A DNA stretch of 64,000 nt from Lingula anatina. Taxonomy: Eukaryota; Animalia; Brachiopoda. The stretch's first letter is position 1, and every line of letters starts with the position of its first letter. The translations under genes and the position numbers were made by a program. Below, piece after piece: positions 1 to 12,720 of this stretch. The DNA is taken from positions 17,072,534-17,136,533 of the forward strand of contig CM120644.1 in the NCBI GenBank assembly GCA_051362555.1, written 5' to 3'. The notes under the pieces were generated by a model, which was given only the letters and a program-made list of their open reading frames with translations, was not told where the DNA came from and did no database searches.

Positions 1-33
1 CCGGGCAGCCAAATGAAGTGGTGTCCACCCATC
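1..33 (-). CDS. ANK exon, partial (DGWTPLHLAAR...)
   Basis: tttcag acceptor at 34-35; truncated by the window edge. Confidence 0.85.
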
Positions 34-1931
34 CTGAAAATATGGACAAACAATGTGAGCAAACAGATAATCCATGCCGTAGAATCATGTTTATTTCCAC
101 TGGGTGTTTAAAGTAATCAGCTATAAACAAAAAATTGGTAAGCAAAGATTCTCACTGTAATGTGTACAGAGTATAAACAATAAGATTCGACACATGCTTT
201 CAGATAATTAGTTATAACTTGAAAGATCGCTAAGCAGGATATGTAAACCTGGCACAATAACTTCTAATGTACATCGGAAAGACATGTAGTTTTAGGCAAG
301 AGTAGCAATATTGCTATGCTAAGAATATTCTACACTCACCTTATTCTGTATACTGGTATCTGCCCCATGTTGGAGGAGAAGCTGAACACATTGTGAGCGG
401 CCTTTGTAGGTACATGTAGCAAGGTGAAGTGGTGTATCCCCATCCTGAGAATATGGACAAACAATGTGAGTAAACAGATAATTCATGCCGTAGAATCATG
501 TTTATTTCCACTGGGTGTTTAAAATAATCAGCTATAAACAAAAAATTGGTAAGCAAAGATTCTCACTGTGATTTGTACAGGGTATTAACAGTGTGAATCT
601 ATACATGATTTAAGATCATTAGTCATAACTTGAAAGATCGCTAAGCAGATATGTAAACCTGGCACAATAACTTCTAATGTACATCGGAAAGACATGTAGT
701 TTTAGGCAAGAGTAGCAATATTGCTATGCTAAGAATATTCTACACTCACCTTATTCTGTATACTGGTATCTGCCCCGTGTTGGAGGAGAAGCTGAATACA
801 CTGCGTGGGGCCGCCCGCGACAGCCAGGTGAAGTGGTGTCCACCCATCCTGAGAATATGGACAAACAATGTGAGTAAACTGATAATCCATGTTACAGAAT
901 CAAATTTATTTCCACTGGGTGTTTAAAGCAATCAGTTATAAACCAAAATCGATTAGCAAAAACAAATATCACTGTGATATAGAAAAGATATTTACGACGT
1001 GATTTGATACATATTTTAAGATGATTACTTATAATTTAAGAGAATGATCGCTAAGCAGAATACGTAAACCTTGTACAATAACTTCTAATAAACTTCGAGA
1101 AATATATGTAGTTATACGCAGGTGTAGCGATATTGCTATGCTAAGACTATTCTACACTCCTCACACTGATATCCGGCCCGTTTTGGAGGAGATGCACAAG
1201 ATATTCTGTGTTGCCGTTCCTGGCAGCCGAGTGAAGTTGTGTCCACCCATTCTGAGAATATGGACAAACAGTGTGAGTAAACAGGTAATTTAGGTTGCAG
1301 AAACATGCTTATTTTCATGCGGGGTTTAAAATTAACAAATTAACAAAAATCGGTCAGCAGAAATTCGCACTATCATGCAGGGGCGGATTTAGGCCATCTT
1401 CTGGGTCTTCCAGAAGACGGTCAGATTTTCAAGTTTACATAGATAGGTATGTAATTTTTTCAGGCTGAAGACGGTCAAAACTGGAGGATGGATCAACAAA
1501 GATAATTTGGAAGACTGTCAGAAAAAAAGCTCTTGATACGCCCCTGCTATGATATGTATAAACAATGTCGTGTCGAAAAACATGTTTGGGACAATAGTCT
1601 TGAAGAATAAGGTTTTAAGAAAAGAATTAACAGTTACCAGAAGGAAGAGGAGCAGTAAGGAGTGAGGCAGTTACTTAGAGAATGTCCACGGAATTTGCAA
1701 TGGGTCGTTTCTACATAAGTGTAAATACTTCAGTTTGTATCCTTACTGTAACAATAAATAGCTAAACGATACCGTGACTAGTGACAGAGTAATTAACGTT
1801 GTTACCCAGTCCTGGACATTGATGTCGCACTCCCTGGCAGTCAGCAGTTCCTGTAAACTCTCAATATCTCCATCACATGCAGCGAGGAGAAGCTTTTCGT
1901 CAGGCTTACTGGTTGTACCGAGTATATCCAT
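1..1931 (-). CDS. Ankyrin-repeat protein gene, 5' part (runs off the left edge); exons 1806-1931, 1165-1251, 750-848, 340-444, <1-33
   Basis: Manual reverse-complement translation gives successive ANK repeats (GxTPLHLA...LLLQHGAD) bounded by cag/gt sites, all phase 0. N-terminus uncertain: a possible acceptor (tatttag, ~1981) lies upstream of the ATG. Confidence 0.85.
340..444 (-). CDS. ANK exon, 35 aa (DGDTPLHLATCTYKGRSQCVQLLLQHGADTSIQNK)
   Basis: 105 nt, with an in-frame 6-nt insertion relative to the sister exon; ctcag acceptor, AAG|gtgagt donor. Confidence 0.88.
750..848 (-). CDS. ANK exon, 33 aa (DGWTPLHLAVAGGPTQCIQLLLQHGADTSIQNK)
   Basis: 99 nt, exactly one canonical 33-aa ANK repeat; ctcag acceptor, AAG|gtgagt donor. 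Confidence 0.9.
1165..1251 (-). CDS. ANK exon, diverged copy (NGWTQLHSAARNGNTEYLVHLLQNGPDIS)
   Basis: Acceptor ctcag. The ancestral AAG|gtgagt donor region is deleted; AGT|gtgagg gives an 87-nt in-frame exon. May be skipped or degenerate. Confidence 0.55.
1378..1546. mobile_element. hAT-like MITE (CAGGGGCG...CGCCCCTG)
   Basis: Terminal inverted repeats with imperfect 8-bp flanks (ctatcatg/ctatgata). Related copy at 18900-19059 and a reversed fragment at ~10400-10475. Confidence 0.65.
1806..1931 (-). CDS. ANK gene first visible coding exon (N-cap-like repeat MDILGTTSKPDEKLLLAACDGDIESLQELLTARECDINVQDW)
   Basis: 126 nt; ends TGG|gtaac; LLLAAxxG...LL...DIN pattern of an ankyrin N-terminal repeat. 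Confidence 0.8.
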
Positions 1932-3368
1932 ACTGGTTATGCCGTGGATATTCTTCCGAAGAGCAATGAACGGTATCTCCTAAATAAGACGCAGTGATCA
2001 TCAAGATATTGATAAAATCTGTTTTACCATGTCATCTGTCTAAAAGTGAACAGGCCAAGGGCATACATGTATCAAAAACAAGGACAGTAGTATGGAGGGT
2101 ATGAAACGCATATTTCTTTGTTAACTAGATCCGAATCTGACTACAACATTGGATCCAGGGGCTGTCACAGAGGACACGTATGTTCCCCTTAGTTATGCCC
2201 TGAAATATCCTGAAATATTCTCACTCTCCAAACCGCAGTATAACAAACAAAACAAGTGATGTTATCCTGATAGTAAAACTGTCATAAGTAGCCTAAAACT
2301 ATCTGAAGCCTGACTAATTTCTATCTTTGTGCCCCCCTCTCTCCCTCCACCGACAAATTTTTGGGTCCGACAAAAGAAAATACTGTTCGATGGACATTTC
2401 ACAAATATTTTTAAAAAAGAAACTAAAAAGATAGGGCTTTGAAAGGTATCTAAAAGTTTTGTAAAGCCTAATAGGTAGTGTATAGGGCCTACATGCATTG
2501 CTTCTCTCTGTTTGAGTGTGCGTGTGTTTGTGCTTACACGCGTGTGTTCGCAATTAAAAACGAGTTAACTTTTTGTGGACACTGGTGTGTTCCTCTGTCA
2601 AAGTTTCCTGTGAATAGATATTCCTCATATAGGTTTCAATCATGGGCGTCCGCAGGGGGGGGGGGGGGGGGGGTGTCACTTGACACCCCCTGGAATTTTT
2701 GCGGGCATGTAAATTGCGGGTACCCAGCCAATCATTAGGGGGGCCTATATGTGTCTCTTGGTCTCAGTGATGTGGTTGTCCCTTTTCTTCAGAATTTCGT
2801 AAAAACATCATATTACCTTACCTACTGCTAATGGCCGGTGGCGTACATAATTATTATTATTATTATTATTATTATTATTGTAAACGTTTCTTTAACTTCT
2901 TCATTCATACCCTGTTTTATTCCAAAGCACTTAATATCTAAATTTTCATAACAACATATTCACTTGCAAACAGAAAGTAACGCAAAATTTCCAAGATCGA
3001 TCAGGGCAAACACTTCAAATGTTTATGATGCCTTGCCACGAGTTTTTTACCCAGATGTTAACAACACACTGATATCCCAAGTAGAACTACTTGAATGTAT
3101 GTCGTTCACGTTGGTGTGCTTGACCTCAGAAATTCGAAAAATTTCAGTAACTTACCGATTTTACAAGCCTCCTGCAAATGGCGACACCCTATTTTTAGAA
3201 ATGTCGAGGGGAATTCCCCTTTGTTGCTACTGACTTTATTTTTTCAACCAAAGCAAACATCTAGTTCAAGGACGTTTATTGTCCAATGGAATATGCATCT
3301 ATATGGTGTTTTAACATTTAAAATATTGAAATAAGCTTGATATGCTTATGTGCTGTTTATTACACATA

Positions 3369-6300
3369 GGGGAGACCGGGGCTAGTTGGATCCCGGGGTA
3401 AGTTGGCCCCCCGTCAATTTACGAAAAAGTAACTACGAGGTAAAAAAATTGGTCACATACTCTTGTAAAGTGACCGTAGCCTACAATGCTAAGGAAGTAT
3501 CGGACGTTAAAAAGTTTTACTTAAGCGGTGAGTCCAAATAAACGATTTTTGCACCTAAAAGTAATTTTGTTTATCAGAATTAAAAATCTATTTTCAAAGG
3601 CTTTTGATCGAATATAATATATGTATAGGGCATCAAACTGAAGCTCATTATTTCAAGTTTCACTGAGATATATCATCGTTGCTCATTCTAGCATCATAAA
3701 TGGTTGCCATCCTTTAAAATAAAAAAGGTGCACGAGGGGCTAGTTGGCCCCCTAGACTCGGGGCAAGTTGGACCCTCATATTACCCACAATCCTTTGCGC
3801 GCAACGCTGTTTGAAATAAACAAGTTGGTGAAATTCACAAAGCTTGCCGGTGTTTACCGTCTGATTGATTTCATTAAATTTGCTCTCTGGTGTCTTTTCG
3901 AAAATTTATATTAGAAATGTTCTGTTGATTGTATGTATTAAAAAGTAAATCCATTGAACTTTCCTTAGAAAAACATTTATTTTGCCTTAATTCATTTTAA
4001 GGGGATTCCCTTTGTATTTATAGTGTTATATGTGGTCCCAAGGGGATTTTCCACCCCTCCCTAGCTAGAGATCATTGTTGAAACAAAACTCAAAATGGTT
4101 TAAAACTGAATTTGTTACTTTCTTTTAAAACGAAAATTTATTATTCGTTTTCATTCATTAAAAACCTGCTTTATACCATTATTAATTTATTCTTAATTAA
4201 AACAAAACAAATTTTATTGATAGATATTTTGGTTCTTGCAACACATACCCCCCCCCCCCACAACGTGACGTACGGAAACCTCAATAAATCTGCCTCATTT
4301 GAACTATTTATTCATCAAAGACTCAAAAAAATCAATTTAATAAATTAACAAGGCAGCAAAGCTGTCAAATGTACAGACAAAAAGCAGGAAATAACTATGC
4401 ACAAAATAGGCTACTGTCAATTCTGATGCAAAAGTACATTATGTTAAACTGCAAATTCAACATCAAATTTTAATTATGCTCAACAGGTAATACCAATGTA
4501 AGTAAAACGTGTAACAAGCATAAGGCTTCAGGCCCATGGGAGTTCAAGTTCACACTTTGAAAATGTATAACTTCTAGAAAAAGAAGCCAATAAGACTACT
4601 TTTCCAACCCAGGCTGCATTTTAGTCCTGCATTTCTTTTTTGAACATTTGGCAATCATAAGTAACATGGTTTTCCCATAATGGTCATCATGGCAGCAGCA
4701 CCCATAATTGTTTTCTTCTATTCTGATGCAATATAACATATTGGTTAACAGCATAATGACCGTCAATTTTTAATAATAAAATATACGTATCATGGATTTT
4801 CAGAAAATGTGACTAGCATGGGTCTTCAAGCATGTAGAACTTCAAAGTCACACCTTGAAAATGCCAATATGTGAAATATGCTGAAAAGTGAAAAAAAAGC
4901 ATGACTTCTACAATAATGACCCTATCATGCTGATTTTCGAACTTGACCTGCGTTTTAGTAAGATAGATTACTCCTGTGAGTTTCATGACAACAGGCCTAT
5001 CGCTTTTCCTTGGAATGTGTTTACAGTGTTGCATATATGCTGAAAAGTGAAAAAAAAGCATAACTTCTACAATAATGGCCCGATCATGCTGATTTTCGAA
5101 CTTGACCTGCGTTTTATGAATATTCATCAGCTCTGTAAATATAAAGCCCAAAAGTAAAACTGCCTTCCACTTATCGTGTTTACAATGAAAGTGCAAGGCG
5201 CCGGTGACAGACGCAGGTGATGGCAATATGTACAGACACATTTTTGACACATCTGTACATATTTACTGTACTGTTTGAGAACAGTAAGTGACATGGTTTT
5301 TCTTAAATGGTCATCATGGGAGCAGTGCCCAAAGTAGGTTTTTTTCAAATTTTGATGCAATATTACATAATGTTTAACAGCATAATGACCATCAATTTTT
5401 AATAATAAAATATTAGTATCATGGATATTCAGAAAATGTGACTAGCAAAGGTCTTCAGGCCCATGGAACTTCAAAGTCACAACTTGAAAATGCCAAAATG
5501 TAAACAAGACAGCACTGTTCTGAAATGTTTTTTTTTTTTTTTTTTTTTTTCATTTTTAACAATTTTTAACATAAAACAAAATTAACAGCTTACTGCCATT
5601 TTTATATGATCAACTAAGAAAATTGATGAGATGGGAAAAATATCAATAGAGCAGTGTTAAATGTCCAATTTCTTCCAATCTGAGATTCTGAACATAGTGA
5701 ATGATTGAATCTGACAAACTGCAATGATATGAGTTTATTTCCACTTTTGAAACTTTATTACACAATACACGATAACAAATTAACCATCATTTTTACAAAA
5801 TCAACTAACAATGTTATAAAGATGCAGGAAATGTCAAACAAACACTTTTAATATCTTATTAATTAAATAATGAAACTGTTAACATGCCTAAGAATTGAAT
5901 CTGAGGAAATGTGAAAAAACAACATAACTTCTAAAATAATGGCCCGATTATGCTGATTTTTTAACTCAACCTGCGTTTTAGCAGGATTGACCACTCCTGT
6001 GAGTTTAATGACAATTGGCCTATCTGTTTTTCGTATATTGTGTTTACAGTGTTGCATATATGCTGAAAAGTGAAAAAAAGCATAACTAACTGTACTAAAA
6101 CAGTGGCCTGATCATGCCGAACTTGACCTGCGTTTTAGTAAGATAGATTACTCCTGTGAGTTTCATGACAACAGGCCTATCGCTTTTCCTTGGAATGTGT
6201 TTACAGTGTTGCATATATGCTGAAAAGTGAAAAAAAAAAAGCATAACTTCTACAATAATGGCCCGATCATGCTGATTTTCGAACTTGACCTGCGTTTTAT

Positions 6301-7665
6301 GAATATTCATCAGCTCTGTAAATATAAAGCCAAAAAGTAAAACTGCCTTCCACTTATCGTGTTTACAATGAAAGTGCACGGCGCCGGCACCGGCGCCGGT
6401 GATGACGGCGACGACAGACGCAGGTGATGGCAATATGTACAGACACATCTATATATATATATTTACTGTACTGTTTGAGAACAGTAAGTGACATGGTTTT
6501 TCTTAAATGGTCATCATGGGAGCAGTGCCCAAAATAGGTTTTTTTTCAAATTTTGATGCAATATTACATAATGTTTAACAGCATAATGACCATCAATTTT
6601 TAATAATTAAATATTAGTATCATGGATATTCAGAAAATGTGACTAGCAAAGGTCTTCAGGCCCATGGAACTTCAAAGTCACAACTTGAAAATGCCAAAAT
6701 GTAAACAAGACAGCACTGTTCTGAAATGTTTTTTTTTCCCATTTTTTCACAATTTTTAACATAAAACAAAATTAACAGTTTACTGCCATTTTTATATGAT
6801 CAACTAAGAAAATTGATGAGATGGGAAAAATATCAATAAAGCAGTGTTAAATGTCCAATTTCTTCCAATCTGAGATTCTGAACATAGTGAATGATTGAAT
6901 CTGACAAACTGCAATGATATGAGTTTATTTCCATTTTTGAAACTTTATTACACAATACACGATAACAAGTTTACCATCATTTTTACAAAATCAACTAACA
7001 ATGTTGTAAAGATGCAGGAAATGTCAAATAAAAACTTTTACGTATCTTATTAGTTCAATAATGAGACTGTTAACATGCCTAAGAATTGAATCTGAGGAAA
7101 TGTGAAAAATATGCTGAAAAGTGAAAAAAACAGCATAACTTCTACAATAATGGCCCAATCATGCTGATTTTCGAACTTGACATGCGTTTTATGAATATTC
7201 ACCAGCTCTGTAAATATAAAGCCAAAAAGTAAAACTGCCCTCCACTTGTCGTGTTTACAAGGAAAGTGCACGGCATCGGCATCGCCATCGCCATCGGCAT
7301 CGGCATCGGCGACGACAGACGCAGGTGATGGTAATATGTACAGACACATCTGTGTCTGTACATAAAAATGTATAAAAATGTATTTCAAGGCGTTTACATG
7401 GGATATATACTTCATTTTCGTAAAGGGGGGGCCAACTTGCCCCGACCCTGGGGCCAACTTGCCCCGTGGCGGGGCAAGTTGGCCCCCTTGACACCAACTG
7501 CGTCTTTTGTCAAATTGTGAGCCATCTGGCATTATATTTGAAAAATAATGACGTTGCTTAGTTCATGGGGCTTACTTTGAAACCGGTTTTGTTACTCTAA
7601 CCTATTCCTAGTTGGCTCTACAAGGCGAAACGTGTCTAACTGGGCCAACTAGCCCCGGTCTCCCC
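3369..7665. mobile_element. Non-autonomous TIR DNA transposon with TA target duplication (Tc1/mariner-pogo-like)
   Basis: Perfect 21-bp TIRs (GGGGAGACCGGGGCTAGTTGG / CCAACTAGCCCCGGTCTCCCC) with TA on both sides. Several subterminal GGGGC(A/T)AGTTGG motifs at both ends; no transposase ORF seen. Superfamily inferred. Confidence 0.85.
4348..7366 (-). mobile_element. Helentron/DINE-1-like (HINE) element nested in the TIR transposon, with internal ~1.18-kb tandem duplications
   Basis: Hairpin atgtacagacaca-tc-tgtgtctgtacat (7336-7363), partner subTIR atgtacagaca at ~4369, small hairpin gcagc-aaa-gctgt near the other end, and a GC-rich microsatellite next to the hairpin. Blocks repeat at 4942/6122 and 5178/6361/7253. 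Confidence 0.65.
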
Positions 7666-10490
7666 TATGTCAGGGATGTAGGCCTAATAGTATAACAAAA
7701 TGAACACATTGATAACGTAATAGGGCCTACAGTGGCAGATCATGGGACACAGTAATCCACAGTGGGTCTCCGCCCCCTCCTCTTTAGGTTGTGAGGTAGG
7801 CATTTCCCCTTCTATCCCTTTCCAAATAATGATACACCAAGCAAAACAAGACAAAGCCCAAAAAAAGTTCACGTATTCCACTGCTCACTGCTGCTTGGCA
7901 CCAATTTATGAAATGGAATGTTTATGAAAGTATTTTTTTTTTTTTTTTTTTTGAAATTGCAATTACGTTCGAACATTCTGGTCTGAAATATGGTGGAGAA
8001 GCAAGATAAAATTTTCTGCTATAATTTTGAAATAATATTTCCAATGATAAGTTAAAAACAACTCAAACAACCATAGTATATTATGTCACTTTACTTGCTG
8101 CACAATATCTGCATTTTGTACATCAAAACTACTAAATATCCTTTATAATTTTTCTCACTTCTCAAAACATCAAATCTTCCTTGACGTTTTCAAACAAAAT
8201 CCCATTTTCACTTGTTTCTCCTCATTATTATAAACAACTCTACCTGCAACAACACATACAAACAATTTACAATACAAAATTATAGAAGTTTTCTTGTTAT
8301 ATAATATTGCTGGACTGTCACAGGCGAGCTACGGATTGAAGCACACTAGGGGCCTCGTTTTACAAACAAACTCGACTTAATAAAAGTTGAACTCGTAACC
8401 TTAACATCACCAACTAACATCTTTTTTCATCAAAGGTAAATCCTTAGCTGCGTGCCAAAATACACCCCACTGTCAGAATTAAAAAATGTTTCTCTCAAAT
8501 TAAAACCAAAGTCCAACCAGTGGTTTAATCGGATGCAAAAACAATTCTGTTACTCCAGTTTCTTTGTAAAATGGGGCCCAATACTACCTATGGCCTTACT
8601 ACAAATTTTATTTACAGATTGGTTCAACATTCATACATGTGTGTATATGAATACTGACGTTTCATGTATTGCACCTGAAGTGTGCAATTTTTGTAAATAA
8701 AGAACGTGTAGTGCAATGTTACCTAAAAGAGCACCCAAAGTAGATGCCACGGAGGCCTCTACACAAATTCCCCACAGTCTGGCACTTGACATACTACAAG
8801 TTGGTGTAATTCAGCTATCACTTTAAACAGAAAACAAATGCTAAGAAAAAATTAGCATTTAAAAAAAAAATTAAATAAAATGTTTTCTTTTAATGTGTTG
8901 AATCTAGGGCAATCCTTATTGACAGAAATGGTGACTAGAAAGACAGAAACTTGAGCATCAAACATTGTCCTTCTACAAATTAAAAGATTATCATTCTAGA
9001 AAAAATATTCACTCTTTTCTTTGATACGAAAATATAGGGAAAATGTCATCGAGTAAGAAGGTCAAGGTTTAAAACATAGTGAAAAGAAATTTAAAGTTAT
9101 TTGGTAGTGGCTGTGCAATAAACTGTCACATTCATTTGCAAACAGCATAACCTATCACGTTTTTCACTGAAATGTGAGAAATGCCAAGAGAAAAATTCCA
9201 TCAGCCGTAAGTGTTATGAATTCAAAGTAACAATAACAGCATCTTCCAACAAGTAAAACTCAGAGAGTCAAAGTACAGAAGTGGTAAACTCTGAATTTTC
9301 GTGTTTTTATTTTAAGAAACCATTATTGTAACTGAGAAACATCAAATTTCCTTAACACCTGCTGCCAACTCTACCAAGCACAAGAAAAATCCTCAGAACC
9401 AGCTCTTCTATACCAACCAATAGATGGCACTCAAACTCAAGATATCCTTTGACAAGTTATTGTAACCAACCTTTGCCAGTGACAGTCAGCAATCTTCTAC
9501 CGAAAAAAAATATATATAACTTGCAGCTACCATAATTTCATTCATCATAAAATGAAATTCTCACCACCATTGTAATTCATTGAAATTCAACAACCTAAAA
9601 AAATTAACAAAAAAATATCTCAAGATGTAGTTTGCATACTATGTGCCGTCATTATATATTTCTCTCTACATATCTACGTTTGTAATATTTGTATGCACTT
9701 CTGGGCAATAACAACATATTTAATATAATAATAATAATAGTGCTATGGTCAGCTTCTAGGCTGACCAAAAGTTGGGCATAACTGACCACAAGACAAATTG
9801 AATAGTACAAGTGTTCAATGCACTACTGACAATATTAATCAAGTTTCGATACATTTCTTTCAATAATAATATACACATAATAATTTGTCGTAGCCACTTA
9901 CAGAAAAATCCTTTATACTTTGTGTACAATAATTTGTAGCCAGTTACAAAAATTTACTTCATACTTAGATCATAGATCATATGGTGTGCATTGACTTATA
10001 CATAACTGTGTATTACTTCTTTGTACAGATAAAATATACAAATATAATATCTATTCTTCAAACGTTATGTTCTAATTTACACATGCAGTAATAACAATAG
10101 TTGCTGTATCTTATAATACTTATAATATTAATAACAATAATAGATCTACTCTGGAAAAAGAGGCTGCTATGAAAAATGCAAAGGATGCTGCTGCTGTTAG
10201 TAAAATGTCCCATTTACTCCTTCAATACAAATCCGTCTTTTCACCCTCTTCATTAATTCAGAGTACTGTCAACGATTTCTCCATATAGATACAGGTAACT
10301 TGTAAGGAGGGAGGGGGGGGGGGGGGGTAAATCAATTCCCACAGCTTAATTGTGATCAATTGTCATTTTGCTTGGCCAATTAAAATTATTTTACCAAAAT
10401 TTACTTCCAGAAAGTTAAAACTTGAAAATCTGGCCGTCTTCCAAAAGACCCAGAAGATGACCTCAATCCACCTCAAAAATTCAGAGCATT

Positions 10491-10527
<37 letters not shown>

Positions 10528-12662
10528 TCATTTTAAGTACTCTAAAACTGAAGGGTTTTAAAAGACATTATTCCACAGACCTCAGACATACCACAACACA
10601 ATCACCTTTGGATCACTCAAGCTCTCATAATACATATATACTGCAAAGCAAACCTGTTTTCAACCAAACCACTTGCACTTTTTCTCAATTCATCCCTAAT
10701 TATGCATCTCGTAAAAAGAAAAGACAAAATGTTCTACATCAAAATGCTACTGGTGGCTGAATTGATAAAATGGCAATATTGGCAATACATGAAAAATGCA
10801 GATAAATTTCCCTTCTCAACTCGTCCCAGAATTCTAAAACAGAAACTAACAACTCAATTTTCTCTTCAAAATCTGTTTACAAAAGTGAAACTGATTCAAA
10901 TCTTCAACGTTGTAGAAAATACAATTAAATTGTGAAATCTGACAATGTACAGCAGGGGGCTCTGGTTAATTCAAGACCAAGTCTGACCCAGTCCGCAGTT
11001 AGACAAATGAATGGTTAAATAAACCATTTATCCATGGAACAGTGAAGTATCTAAGTTACAGCAGGTGCCATGGGCTTAACCTGAAGGGGGCGCCACTTGA
11101 AGGCACTGCCACCAGTAGGTGGCGCCACTTGAAGAAGGGGCCACCTCTTTTGGGGGGGGGGGGGGGGGGACTTTGGGAACGGAGTCCACTGGGTCTTTTT
11201 AGACCAATCTTTGTATTTGTTAAAGCAAGGAAGGGGCAATTATAATTCATATTTAGTTTTGTAATTTTTGAAACAAAAAAAGATAAAAAAAATTGACTTG
11301 CATTTTTGAGCCGATTTTTCTGTTGAAGTTATCTAAAATATGGATGTCGAATGTTGCTGACCAGTTCTTGCCACTGTTTCCTTAGATACAGCCCTGACAT
11401 GGACAGAGATCAAGGTTCCTATGGCACAATGATAGCAAATATGTCCCACCTTTAAAATTCTGAAACATTGGGCACAGTAGTTGCTACCACAGAATACCAA
11501 TGAACTATACAATTAAAGGAAAAGAAAGAATTTGACTGGAATCCGTCTTGTCTGTTTCTACAGTTTTTCTTGTGGAGAAGACCACAATATTACTTAAAAA
11601 TCTACAAAAAATTTGACAACTTTTTATCTTAACTAGCTCCTTCTCTTAACTGTCCTATATGGTCCACATATCATTCTCACATCGTTATTTAGAATGTCAA
11701 AGGTGGAATTTTCCTCCAAATTCTTCAATAACAGTGGCAAGCAATGTTTTTGCCAATAAAAATAGAAATTAAATACTAAATATCAATGTCACATTGCTCA
11801 AAGTTTCGATGTCCGTATAGGTTAACAAACATACATTATATTACAAATGCTCTACGAAAGCATCCCAAGACTATATAAAAATACTGGTCAAGATGATAAC
11901 ATTGGTTACTATATGACTACACAATGTTGCAGTCAATAATATTATCATACACACAGCACCGTTTGACACTTGTTCCAAGCCATAGGCTACTAGCGCCCCC
12001 TATGGTTATGAATCTGAGAGAGACACTGGCACAGCCATGTACAACCCTCAATGGATGAAAAAATTCTCAAAAACAATTATTTCTTATAAAATCTTTCTGC
12101 AGGTAGTAAGTCCTTTACTCTATCCTTCATCCTTGAAATCCTGCGAAAAAAAAATTATTTCGATAGGAATGACTGTAAAACTGGAAAAAGCCTTCCCGGG
12201 TCAACCCACTGCAGCTGAAAGGGGAGGAATCCTTCATACGCAGTGACATCTGGTGTCTTTTCGCCCAGCGGCTGGTAATCCTTCTAGTTTCTCTTGACAG
12301 CAATGACATCTGGTGTCTGAAATTATGCCTCTGATGATGGTACAAGTTTTGATTTGCAAGGGATGTCAGCTAGTGATACAAAATCAGCTGCTCATCATTG
12401 AAGACACCATTCTTGATGACAGTGACATTTCAGAGTCTCAAATCCTGTTTTACAATCTCCTCTTGCCCAACCATGCCCCCTACCATCTTAACAAAACGAC
12501 TCTTCTGTCAATTCTTCAAGTGCTCCCAAATCTTTTCATTCTGCCTCCATCTACTTTGTGCCAGCACAAGTACTACAATGTACGTGCAATGGGTAAAAGG
12601 CATCCTTTGCACAAGTGAAAATACAATTTAAATTTCGTCCCCCAAATGTGCACTCATTGGCC

Positions 12663-12720
12663 TCAAGATTCCTCCATGGGTTCAGACTCTGTCGATGACA
12701 TTGAGGAGAGTCCACCACTC
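12663..12720 (-). CDS. HDAC4: HDAC4 last coding exon ([18 protein letters not shown])
   Basis: ttttcag acceptor; ends EPMEE like vertebrate HDAC4; TGA at 12665-12663. Confidence 0.9.

Larger units (their letters stand above)
1..1375. repeat. Tandem repeat of ~405-410-bp exon+intron units (at least 3.3 copies)
   Basis: The gaagt(g/t)gtgt...ccat(c/t)ctga motif recurs at ~16, ~426, ~830 and ~1233; intron segments 224-340 and 634-750 are nearly identical. Confidence 0.95.

Noticed and set aside
341-1318. ORF-track proteins at 341-556, 726-926 and 1136-1318
   Set aside because: Wrong frame or strand; the real coding signal is the spliced ANK exons.
4813-7532. Repeated 117-160-aa ORFs (…KTQVKFENQHDRAII…)
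   Set aside because: They lie inside the HINE tandem subrepeats, frames shift between copies, and they show no transposase or other domain motif.
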